DNA of 63,353 bases, the filler included, from Octopus bimaculoides (taxonomy: Eukaryota): the NCBI RefSeq assembly GCF_001194135.2. It is 5 parts of 4 records of this genome, joined end to end, with 100 filler letters (N's around TTAATTAATTAA, not from the genome) between each part and the next. Parts side by side here need not be neighbours in the genome. Positions count along the whole stretch, not along the records: positions 52,808 to 60,189 come from NC_068984.1; positions 60,290 to 63,353 come from NC_069004.1; 3 more parts are not named here. One strand, given 5' to 3'. The notes below the pieces were generated by a model. It made no database searches. It was not told the DNA's origin and worked only from the letters and a program-made list of their open reading frames with translations. Position 1 is the first letter of the stretch; every line of letters begins with the position of its first letter. Position numbers and translations under genes: made by a program. Shown here piece by piece: positions 52,808-63,353 of this stretch.

Positions 52808-55800
52808 GCATGTTCTTTGTCTATCTCCTTACCTTCTTGGAGGTTTTAGGTAAAATCATACTAATGTGTCCATCTGTTTTAATTTAATTTAGTTTAATTC
52901 TATGTATTTACGCAGCTGAGGATTGCTCTGCATTTAAACTGATGTAATGGTTGCATTGTTCAATTAAATGGAGTCACTTGAAATGATCATACTGCATTAC
53001 CTCTGGATATCCTGTTGCTTATTTTGATTTTAATCAACTTATTTTGAAATTGTATGGATAATACCGTACTACATTCTGGTGCCTCAACTTAACTACCTAA
53101 TTCATCTGAATCTAAATTTTTGCTTAACTTGTCAACCACACACACACACACACATATATATTTGAAAAAATGAGTAGAAATGGCTTTACTGATAATTTTC
53201 CCATGTTAATAATTAGAGGTGTAATATATTTACAAAAAGGTGACTGATATTTGAAAGTTTGTTACTTATTGTTTAAATAGGGAGTGTTTAATTGCTAACA
53301 CACACACATACATACATCACACACCCACACACACACATATACATATACCCATACATAAACATATATAGAGGGAGATGTACACACACATATGTATGTGTCC
53401 GAATAAAAGAGCCGAAACTGAACTGCTGGGCATTGTCTGTAGAATGAAGGCGGTGAGCTGGCAGAAATGTTAGCACGCCGGGCGAAATGCTTAGCGGTAT
53501 TTCGTCTGTCTTTATGTTCTGAGTTCAAATTCCGCCGAGGAATACATATGCACACATAAACATGTACACACACAAAAATATAGGACCTTACGCATACATA
53601 AATGCAGAGAAACACAAACACACATATACATGTATTCATTCACATATATTCACATACACACACACAAACAAACAAAGAAAAAAAAGTTGGAGGGGAGAAA
53701 GAGAATTAAGTAGACCATGAATAAAGAAAAGGAATTTTTAGGTGCGATCATTTTGATATGAAATGGTTCTATAAAACCTTTCCAAAGTTTTATAGACCCA
53801 TTTCAATGTTTATAAAATGGATTCCTTCTACAAGACCAGTCAAGTAACCAAATGTTTATATCAACAATAGTACTGCAAAAGCATTCTGGGATATTATCTT
53901 GGAAGCGGAAAGTTCTAAGTGTCATATTTTTCTAAGTCTGGTGTAATATTCTTGAGTTGCTCTGTCTTCGTAAGATACATTTTCATCAATGCTTAGATNN
54001 NNNNNNNNNNNNNNNNNNNNNNNNNNNNNNNNNNNNNNNNNNNNNNNNNNNNNNNNNNNNNNNNNNNNNNNNNNNNNNNNNNNNNNNNNNNNNNNNNNNN
54101 NNNNNNNNNNNNNNNNNNNNNNNNNNNNNNNNNNNNNNNNNNNNNNNNNNNNNNNNNNNNNNNNNNNNNNNNNNNNNNNNNNNNNNNNNNNNNNNNNNNN
54201 NNNNNNNNNNNNNNNNNNNNNNNNNNNNNNNNNNNNNNNNNNNNNNNNNNNNNNNNNNNNNNNNNNNNNNNNNNNNNNNNNNNNNNNNNNNNNNNNNNNN
54301 NNNNNNNNNNNNNNNNNNNNNNNNNNNNNNNNNNNNNNNNNNNNNNNNNNNNNNNNNNNNNNNNNNNNNNNNNNNNNNNNNNNNNNNNNNNNNNNNNNNN
54401 NNNNNNNNNNNNNNNNNNNNNNNNNNNNNNNNNNNNNNNNNNNNNNNNNNNNNNNNNNNNNNNNNNNNNNNNNNNNNNNNNNNNNNNNNNNNNNNNNNNN
54501 NNNNNNNNNNNNNNNNNNNNNNNNNNNNNNNNNNNNNNNNNNNNNNNNNNNNNNNNNNNNNNNNNNNNNNNNNNNNNNNNNNNNNNNNNNNNNNNNNNNN
54601 NNNNNNNNNNNNNNNNNNNNNNNNNNNNNNNNNNNNNNNNNNNNNNNNNNNNNNNNNNNNNNNNNNNNAAAAAAAAAAAAAAAAAAAAGAGTACGGAAAC
54701 CAGGGATCAAAAATGCGGAAAAAAAATCCAAATATTGGGAAAAAATTATTTTTTGAAAATTTATGATTTTTTTTGTTTCACTCCCCGACTCCATCACCAC
54801 CCAACTCCGAACCGATTTTGCCCAATGTTTTTAGCACTACGCAGTTAAAACACATGGGTGAAATATTTTCAGAAGAAAAAGTATGTGATTTAAGGGAGAT
54901 TTGGCTGTTGTTTCTTACACATCCTAAGACCACCACATAACTTTCAGAAAAATGAATACTTTTTAACGAAATTTTCAACAAAATCTGAAGGTACACATCT
55001 GTAGGAGTGTCGATTGCTTAAGAATGTAAGAGTTTATTATGTAATGTGACCGTGTCGTCCACTACAATAACTATTGTTTATTACTTATTTCTTTACTTAT
55101 TCATCAGCAACATGAAATCTGAAATAAGTCATAGTTTAGAGCTTTAATCAATGAGTTACGCATGAAAGATGAGTGGTTCATAAGCTATGAGAGGGTCAAA
55201 TTCGTCACGCTGACTCTGTAGTCTCTTCAGCGGTGCATCAACGAACCCAAAATGTAAAGGATATTTTCTAGTATAAGACTTTCTAGGTTATACACTCATT
55301 GTCCTTTTTCCCCCGCATCAATAATTATTCTTATAATTAAAAACTCATTTAATTCATGCCCATCATCCGATACTATTTATACATAACCTACGTAAGTGAC
55401 CGAGCAACAGATATATAATGAAAGGTAGACTGCTTCGTATGTTACGAAATCTGAGTGTGACACTACTGAAATTGAACACACACACACACAGAGTCTGTGT
55501 AGATTACAAGAAAATTTAGGAACAAACCCAGCAATTTTAAGGAGGTGGGGATTATTTTGTACCACCATTCCTTCTTGATTGGAAGGTACATTATTTTATC
55601 GACTCCAGAAAAATGAAAAGCAAAGTCGACCTCGGCTTGATTTGAACTCAGATTGTGAAGACCCAGAAGAAATAGCATTTATCCTTACGTTCTAACGATT
55701 CTGCCAACTCGCAAGACATTCCCTATCGGCGATCTTTAATTCGCAGTTTTATTTACCTAAGAAGCAAAGACCGCTGACATATCTTTTTGACCTGACCCTT

Positions 55801-57065
55801 AATGTTATTATTTTAAGGGCCGGCTAAGCTGCATACCAGGCTATTTAATTCACTGACTCCGGATTGATGAAAAATAAATTCGAATTCATCGAAATATAGC
55901 AAATTAAATACTGAAACTTTTATTTACTATGGATTCAATTTCAATTGTTTAGTAAAGCGGTGAATAAGAACTTCGGTCAATTTTTACAGCCAAAAGAAAA
56001 GGGTCTTTTCTCAAGACTCTCTCGTCTTTGTCGACACGAGTTGTTGTTTAGCCCTAGATCAGCTCCAAACTAGTAGACTTATAAATCGGATCAAAAAATT
56101 TCACAGATGACCAGCCTATATGTGACCATCTTATTTGCTTTTTTCTTCAGGCCTAGTGTATATAACACAATGTTTTTCTCTTTTTTTTAAAACGGCAGGG
56201 TGTGACATGGAAGAAAATTGGCTATTTTTAGCAGTCAGGCGACCATATAGAGGTTTCCTCGAAATGAAATGACAAGCCTTAAGAATGAATATTTTAGAGT
56301 AGTCCCGCAAATCTCGGAACGAACATGATTTCCCGAGCTAAACCCAGTAACTTTACCGCTAAATATAACTTTGATACCAATGCTTTTAAATCAATGCAGA
56401 TCATAAGGCGATGCACGAGATTGACCTGCACGGCAGGGTCCGAGTCACATTTATATAGCAGCCGATAGAGAGAGGATGAGGAAGAATAAATGGCTACGAG
56501 TAAAATACAGGATACGCTAATGAGCGATTGTTAATTCCCATCCTCATAAATAAACCTGGAGGTACGTTAGAATAAATATTTAAAAAGCAGTTATGAACGT
56601 AGCGCGATGGGGGAGGGTAAATAAAGTTGGAATTACAATAAAACTGACCAGAGGAGCCAAGCAATTAAAAGAGCACCGACTCACTAAAGTGCGATGATGG
56701 GGTGATTTTAATTGCTAAGTACTACATGTAGTTACGTGGTCTAATTCCACAGTCAAAAGTGATAAGAAATAATAAAATAAAAAAAAAGGACCAAAAGTAT
56801 TTTTGAAAATGAATAACATCAATTTTAATTTAGGAGTAAGAAAACAAATTTTTACAGGCATTTCTAAAGTGCTGTGATGATATGAACAGTTTATCATTTA
56901 ATTAGAAACAATCGACACGGAATCTTATATAAATAAAGCAGCTTCCAGCTAATTATCATAATGGTAGAAACCAAAATAGAAATTTAGACGTCTCCGGCAG
57001 ACAGTCACTATATACATATTTCAACCGATGTCACCTGTTAAGTTTAATCGTTCCTAAATACTCAC

Positions 57066-57098
57066 CAAATAAACATCATCAAATTGTAAATTAACCAT
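57066..57098 (-). CDS. Candidate first coding exon: MVNLQFDDVYL
   Basis: aacATGG start context, donor GTGAGT at 57065; second GTGAGT donor at 57198; CpG cluster upstream; separated from core exons by a scaffold join. Confidence 0.3.
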
Positions 57099-57440
57099 GT
57101 TGAATAATATCTTTAGGTCGGTTTATTTCACACAAAAATTCCAATAACAGTGCAACGCAAAAGTATATGAAGAACCGTATATTAAAAGACAAACTCACCG
57201 TAAGGTAAAAGATTTCTTTATTAGCCACGCAGGTAAAGATAACCTTCTAATGTATAAGCAATCCACATTTATTTTCCTCACAAATAAAATCCATTGGTAT
57301 GGAGATGTACTTTCACGGCAAGTGTTTTAATCTGAGATCGTGTGTTGAAACTAAAACGATCACAACGTGCAAGACACATGTTAGCCTTCCAAAATCCGTT
57401 AATTTCACTTAAACATCTATTATTAGTAATATGGTACCAA

Positions 57441-57490
57441 AATTTCCGTCGCGCGAAATTGCGACCTGGTCATTGAAAACGCTGTTGCGC
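57441..57490 (-). promoter_or_regulatory. CpG cluster with E2F-like site, candidate promoter of the minus-strand gene
   Basis: 7 CpG in 50 bp; TTTCGCGC on the minus strand at 57451-57458. Confidence 0.35.
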
Positions 57491-57964
57491 TGCATCTAAA
57501 TTGTGATATACACACATATATACATATAAATTGTAAGATTTGTTTTTGTTTTTGTTTTTGTTTTTGCATAGGTCAGTCGTTCTGGTTGGGTGCTCAGCTT
57601 GTCAGTTACCATTGATTTTTTTTTTTTGTATTTAGCTGCCTTTCATGTACTCCGCTTATTTTTTCTCGTGTCTTTTCGCATCCCGTTTAGAAAAACTACG
57701 ACGTGAGAAGGAAGATTAAATGTTTCAAGTTGCGGCTTTCTGAGCAGGGCAAGTTTTAATAGTAGTAGTAATAGTTAATACTAGTAGCAGCAGTAGCAGC
57801 TGTTGTAGTAATCGTGGTGGTGATAACAGTAGTCGTAGTGGTGGTAGTTGCTATTGCAGTAGCCGTGCCAGTGACGGCAGCAGCAATAGTCTACACACAC
57901 ACACACGCACACGCACGCTGATACGTACGTACGTATGTATGTATATGTGCGTGTGTGAATGTAT

Positions 57965-59965
57965 TGATAATAATAATAATAAGGATAATAATATTAATGA
58001 TAATAATCCTTTCTTTATTAGCCACAAGGGCCGACAAAAATAAGACTGGACATTACAAAAACATGAAGGACAAAGTGGGGTTACGTAAAGTGTCGCGTAA
58101 AAAGTCGATAACAATGAAAAATATAACAAAGAAAATGTCTACAAGAGGCAAGCAACTCAGGGCGACTCATGGAGACCCCCACGAAAAATACACAAGCGCC
58201 CTGACCACTAGGACAAGAGCCCTCTCCCCATCTTTCCCTCTCTCTCATCTTTGGAAACTCAAAAGCGCATGCTCAAAGTAGGCCCGCTGACATGGACCAC
58301 CTTCGCCACATTCACCCACCTTTTAACAAATTTACTGGAAGTCAGCACTTCTCTCTCAACCCTCACTTTCGTTTTCAGATGATATCTGAAAAAGTTGATG
58401 AGGGGTAGGCCAAAGAGGAAAGTATCTGTCTTCAGCCTTTTCAGTCTAGACCACCACACAACCTCTTTCGCCACAGCCACGAGACAGATGTAAATTGCCT
58501 CCCCTTGCTGGCCAAAGGAAGGCGGCAGAGCAATTTTCATGATGGAATCAGCTGACAAGCGGGCACATCCTATACATGATAGCAGGTATTCAACATAAAC
58601 CCATATATCAGATATGCTCGGGCTCTGGACAAGTGCGTGCAGAACGGTTTCATCGCTCAGTGCACGTCTCGGGCAGGTCTGACTGAGGGCACTTCCATGC
58701 CTGTAGAGTTTATCTTGAACAGGCAAAGCCCCCCCCCCCAGTAGCACTGCCAGGCCAGGGATTTCTGGAAGTTATCCATATGCCCCTGCCCGAAAGTCCT
58801 CCGGAACAGACTGGCGAGTTGAAATTCATTGATGCCTAGAGTCTCCCCAAGAATGTCGTCGTTTCCTTTCACCACTAACCCTTTATACAATGCCATATAA
58901 AACTTCTGTGAACCGCATTACCCAACTGGCTGAAGAGTGTGAGTGCCTGGCGACACTCAAGGTGTCAGACTCCCAGCCTCAGTCTACACTTGATCCCAGA
59001 TTGCAGCTCAGTCAAAGAGACGAGCTGTGGGAAAGCGAGTCTGACAACCGGCGACCACACCTCCTCACCGTTGTCAAGGAAATGCTGGATGTGCCGCAGC
59101 CTCAGTACAGGTCTGCCCATCAATAGCCACGGCATACCCAGCCCACCGTTTATAGAGTGTTGACAGCAAATGGAGCACCTGACCAGGTATGAACTGGGGC
59201 AAGGCACGACGGTGAGGTAATAGTAAATGACCGAGGCATTGTATGTGTTCACCACATCTGCTCGGCCTCTCAAGGATAGCTTTCTCTCGGCCCATTTCTG
59301 GGTGAGACTGGCTACCCGGCTCATCACCTCACTCCACTTCTCCAGTTGGAGGTCTGGTCCAGACCAGACCCTGAGCAATTTTACGGGCCCGACCGTCCAA
59401 CGTCCTACAACGCTATCGGTCGGCATAGATCTGTCTCTCCAGGTGCCGAGCTGTAGGTCCACCGCCTTTTCCGGATTAATCTTTGCTATCGTTACTTTCT
59501 CGTATTCTTTCACAGTAATGCTGACCAGGTCTATGTGCTTGTTGTCCTCTGACTGATCTAAATTGATCAGAGTTCCACCCATGCTAGGTTTCTTGACTAC
59601 CCTATCCACGATGTAACGCATGAGGTGGAGATTGTTGTGGATGGACCTGTTTGGGACAGCGCATGTTTGTGCGTCTCCAACTAGTTTCTCGACGACTAGC
59701 GCCAACCGCTTTGCTAACGCCCTGGCCAAAATTTTCATGTCTGTGTTAAGCAGAGTGATGGGCCTAAAATTATCTAATACCACCCAACTTATTTGGATCC
59801 TTTCTCAGCAGTAGCACTGCTTCTCGGTTCACAGATTTCAGAATTCTCTCATTCTGTTGCCATTTGCAGTAGATATCTGTCAAGAGGCCCTGCAAACAAG
59901 TCTGGTATGCTAGAATAATGCTCATAGGGCATACCATCTGTTGTATTTCCCTCGGGTGACTTGCA
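57965..59965 (-). mobile_element. 5'-truncated Tx1/L1-clade non-LTR retrotransposon with internally deleted RT
   Basis: DNFRPITLLNTDMKILARALAKRL...QTCAVPNRSIHNNLHLMR...LINLDQ; zf-RVT-like CPRRALSDETVLHAL; AATAAA at 58014-58019 followed by (ATT)n tail. Confidence 0.92.
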
Positions 59966-60189
59966 GAGATAACACAACGAGTTATACAAATTTAATTATT
60001 ACATTTATTATTCAATTACATACAAAGAACGCACTCACCCAATGTTCGTTATGAATAAATAAAAGTCATGTCCGCCATATTTATCTCAATGACATTTTAC
60101 TACGACAGTCCCACAAGACAACAACAATGAAACAATGAACTCAGACGAACCACAATGACACACGGAACGTCAGACGAATTACATATCTA

Positions 60190-60289
60190 NNNNNNNNNNN
60201 NNNNNNNNNNNNNNNNNNNNNNNNNNNNNNNNNTTAATTAATTAANNNNNNNNNNNNNNNNNNNNNNNNNNNNNNNNNNNNNNNNNNNN
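60190..60289. other. Synthetic scaffold-join spacer
   Basis: 44 N + TTAATTAATTAA + 44 N. Confidence 0.97.
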
Positions 60290-60332
<43 letters not shown>

Positions 60333-60339
60333 TGTCACG

Positions 60340-60470
60340 AACGAAAAACAAAACTCCTTTTCTGCAGCTCTGTTGCCATTCAATTCAGCAAACTTTACAA
60401 CTTGGAGCTTGCAAGCAGCATTGTAAGAACTTTTTCTCTTAACACTAACAATAGCAATTATGGACAAAGT
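60340..60470 (-). mobile_element. pogo-like transposase N-terminal Brinker-type DNA-binding domain fragment
   Basis: KRKSSYNAACKLQVVKFAELNGNRAAEKEF. Confidence 0.7.
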
Positions 60471-60749
60471 TATCGCCCAAAGAAAATGTTCGCTATTATA
60501 GAACTGATTGTTGAAGTGAACGAGTTATCACTGCTAATTACTGAAATAGTCGGCATGATTCAGAGACCAATTTTGTCGATAATCATTTTCATTCATTGAT
60601 GCATCCAGTAATTTATTCAAAATGACGACACCCGAAGCGCTTCATTCATCGTACCTCTTCTATCTCTGGCAAAATCATTTTTCTCGATATTATTCAGTAA
60701 CATTTAAGATGAATGATGTGATTTGTGTTATCAATAGTATATAGATATA

Positions 60750-60965
60750 GGACGGAGAGCTGGCAGGACCGCTAGCATGCTCAGCAAAATACTTAACGGC
60801 ATTTCGTCCGTCTGTACGTTCTGAGTTCAAATTCCCTGCTGAAGTCAACTTTTCCTTACATCCTTTTCGGGGTCGATGATATAAGTATCAGTTGAACACT
60901 GGGGTCAATGTAATCGACTTATCCCCTGCCAGGAACTCGTTGGCCTTGTGCCAAAATTTGAAAGC
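60750..60965 (+). mobile_element. tRNA-derived SINE family B (Deu/Nin-like core); further copies at ~4510-4675(-), 27628-27830(-), 40490-40690(-), 43480-43580(-), 50638-50835(-), 53449-53540(+), 55555-55712(-), 62665-62870(-)
   Basis: gagctggcag...gttctgagttcaaattcc...catccttttcggggtcgat...aagtatcag...ctggggtc.atgtaatcgactt; core resembles the Deu/Nin domain. Confidence 0.85.
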
Positions 60966-62011
60966 AATAATATCAAGCTATTAGTTTAATGAAATTTGCG
61001 AGGTATATAGAAAACTCTTAGTATTTCCCTGTCACACTCTGTGTCACACTGAATCTCCTTGGTACGGGTACGCGAGTCTGCGGAGTGCTCAACCTCTTGC
61101 ACGTTAAATTCACGAGCAGGAGCAGGCTGTTCCGTTGATTGGATCTACTGGAACACTCGTCGTCATAACCGACGGAGAACCAGGATATATTTATGTGTAT
61201 GGTGAATCATTGTGCTAAAGATGGCGTAGGTAGTTAGTTTATTTACAATTTTATCGCTGTCTTCCATAACAATTTTTCGTTGGTTTCATATGGTTATTTT
61301 TTTTTACTTTTGTGGTCTTTTTGTGAGTCTTCGTTTTGATTTATGAGTGTTTGGTCGTCGTCATCATCATCGTCGTCGTAGTTGTTATTTTCTATCAGTT
61401 GGCAACACATAATTTAGAATAAACAGTCGTTTTGTCTGATAACTTTCCTTCAGGCTATAAAACTTGTTATCCAAACTATTTAACAGCGAAGTATTTTAAA
61501 ATCCTTTCTTTACCGCATTCCCTATCAAAATACACCGCCTATGTTTGTCTAAATTAATTTTATTTAAAAAAAAAAAAAAACATAATGAAGACTTTGGAGG
61601 GATTTGATAAAATAATTAATTTTTCATCATTAAGCTGTGTTTGAAACATAATTTAACCAAATCTTCTTATATAAAATTATAACAGAAGGTTTTAATTTAA
61701 ATATGAGCGCTTTAAAACGAGAAGTTTTGTATTATAGAATCAGAAGCGGCCTCTTAGGAGTTAGCATCGAAAAGATTAAGTTTGCGTAATTCCTTAAACG
61801 TTTCACGCAATCGATAGAAGAATTTTCGAAGATTTTCTTTCGCGACAGCGGGTTAGATCTTGATTTAGATGGGAAGTTTTAAATGTCACAATATACCAAA
61901 CTGCAAAGGCTCTACAATTAGTGAGGATGCGTGGCCGAGTGGTTAGGATGTTAAACTCAGGAACGCAAGGTCGTGGTTTCAATTCCCAGACCGGGCGGTG
62001 TGCTTTATATT

Positions 62012-62660
62012 CTAGAACAAAGCACTCCATTTCATATTGCTCTTCTTTTTTTTTTTTTGGCATGGGTCATATTTTTCCGTGGCATTTTTTATACGCAGGT
62101 TCGTATCCCAGTATTTTTTCTTTTGACTTGGTTCTCCTCCTTGCATAAACTTCTGTAATTTGGTACTGGCAAACTTTTCCTCACATTTAATCACACCAAT
62201 AAGTTTCCAAATATTTGGATGACTAATATTCGCTGTGTTTTTCAGCGCGCTGTGGTAGGCTTCTAAACTATTTGTAGTACGAGCAATCCCAAACATTCCA
62301 TATTGGTGATGGAAATGGAGGTTCAAGACGTTGCCTCCTCTGTCCTCTTCCTCTGGGTGATCCAATATAATTATTTTCAAAATAGGATTCAGGTGACTGT
62401 GGAATATCATCATCATCTGCAAGTTGTTCAAATCCATCTACAACATCATCAAGGCAAAGGCAACATAACACCGCATCGTCATCTTCGTGATATCTGCATT
62501 TTAGTCCTTCTTGCACAACATGCTTGTACACATTTTGTTTTGCTCATCTTAATTTTGGTGAGTCTGTTTAAATTGTTGGTTTTACATTCAAAGCTGAGTT
62601 GTCTGTTAAACCTTTTTCGGTGTAGAAGAATGACAACGCTAAATTTCGTAACAGTTTTAG
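62012..62660 (-). mobile_element. Mutator-like (MULE) transposase remnant
   Basis: YFENNYIG...R...EPPFPSPIWNV; RTTNSLEAYHSALKNTANISHPNIWKLI (frameshifted). Confidence 0.85.
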
Positions 62661-63042
62661 ATGCTTGGTTTCAAGTTTTGGCACAAAGCCAAGCATTTCA
62701 GGGGAGGAAGTGAGGGCGTCGATTAGATTGATTCTAGTACTCAACTGGTACTTAACATATCGACCCCGAAAAAAATGAAAGGCAAATTCGACCTCAGCGG
62801 AATTTAAAATCAGAACATAAAGACAGACGAAATGTCGGTAAGCATTTTGCCGGGTGCTCTAACGACTCTCCAAGATGTATTTCAAAACGTGTAGAAGAGC
62901 CAACTTCTGTATTGAAAATGAAGGACGACACTTTCAAAACCTCTTATATAGTTTTTTAAAGTCTTGTAAAGTCTAATATATCCTTTTGTAGTCTAATACC
63001 ATCTCATAAATATTTATTTTGCAATATAATACTTACTGCGGA

Positions 63043-63064
63043 GAGACTTTTTGAACACCCTGTA
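63043..63064 (-). mobile_element. Tc1-type terminal inverted repeat
   Basis: TA+CAGGGTGTTCAAAAAGTCTC on the minus strand. Confidence 0.5.
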
Positions 63065-63180
63065 TTATATTACATTATATAATGTTATATTACGTTATAT
63101 TACGTTATATTACGTTATATTATGTTATATTACGTTATATTATGTTATATTATGTTATATCATGTTACAGTATATTATAT
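63065..63180. repeat. 10-bp tandem repeat (gttatattac/gttatattat)n
   Basis: Directly visible. Confidence 0.9.
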
Positions 63181-63295
63181 TATAAACTTATAAAGCACAT
63201 CGTTTGTGTTATTTCGATTGCAATATTTCTGACTTGAATTCTGACTCGACCTAAGATTTACATTAAAGAACATTTTATTTATTTCATTGAGTAAG

Positions 63296-63353
<58 letters not shown>

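Noticed and set aside
53922-53997. LSIDENVSYEDRATQEYYTRLRKI*, resembling the piggyBac LSIDE motif or a gene C-terminus
   Set aside because: Only a 5-residue match, downstream motifs are not recognisable, and the upstream sequence is a gap

Overview
Eukaryotic, AT-rich, gap-ridden genomic DNA; most likely Octopus, inferred from the SINE families, very high microsatellite load and TE spectrum. No rRNA, intact tRNA or CRISPR array was seen. Four identical 100-bp synthetic spacers (44 N + TTAATTAATTAA + 44 N) show the window is five joined scaffolds, so continuity across them is uncertain. The six-frame ORF track is almost entirely microsatellite or N-gap artefact. The main real gene is almost absent from it: a minus-strand multi-exon gene (core exons 46726-39022, 239 in-frame codons, all GT-AG) encoding a protein I cannot name, with a discoidin/F5-8 type C-like domain, a SAM-like domain and an Ig-like beta-sandwich. 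It lies in a strongly CpG-depleted (probably methylated) segment. Other content: a ~6-kb degenerate 19-bp-period satellite with higher-order structure; a Penelope-like 3' end inserted in it that carries a tRNA-like Pol III cassette plus a minimal hammerhead ribozyme motif; a decayed FN3-transmembrane exon; remnants of Tc1/mariner (maT-like, mariner, Tigger, pogo), MULE and Tx1-like LINE elements; piggyBac-like and hAT-like MITEs; several tRNA-derived SINE families; and a complex inverted-repeat structure in an intron.
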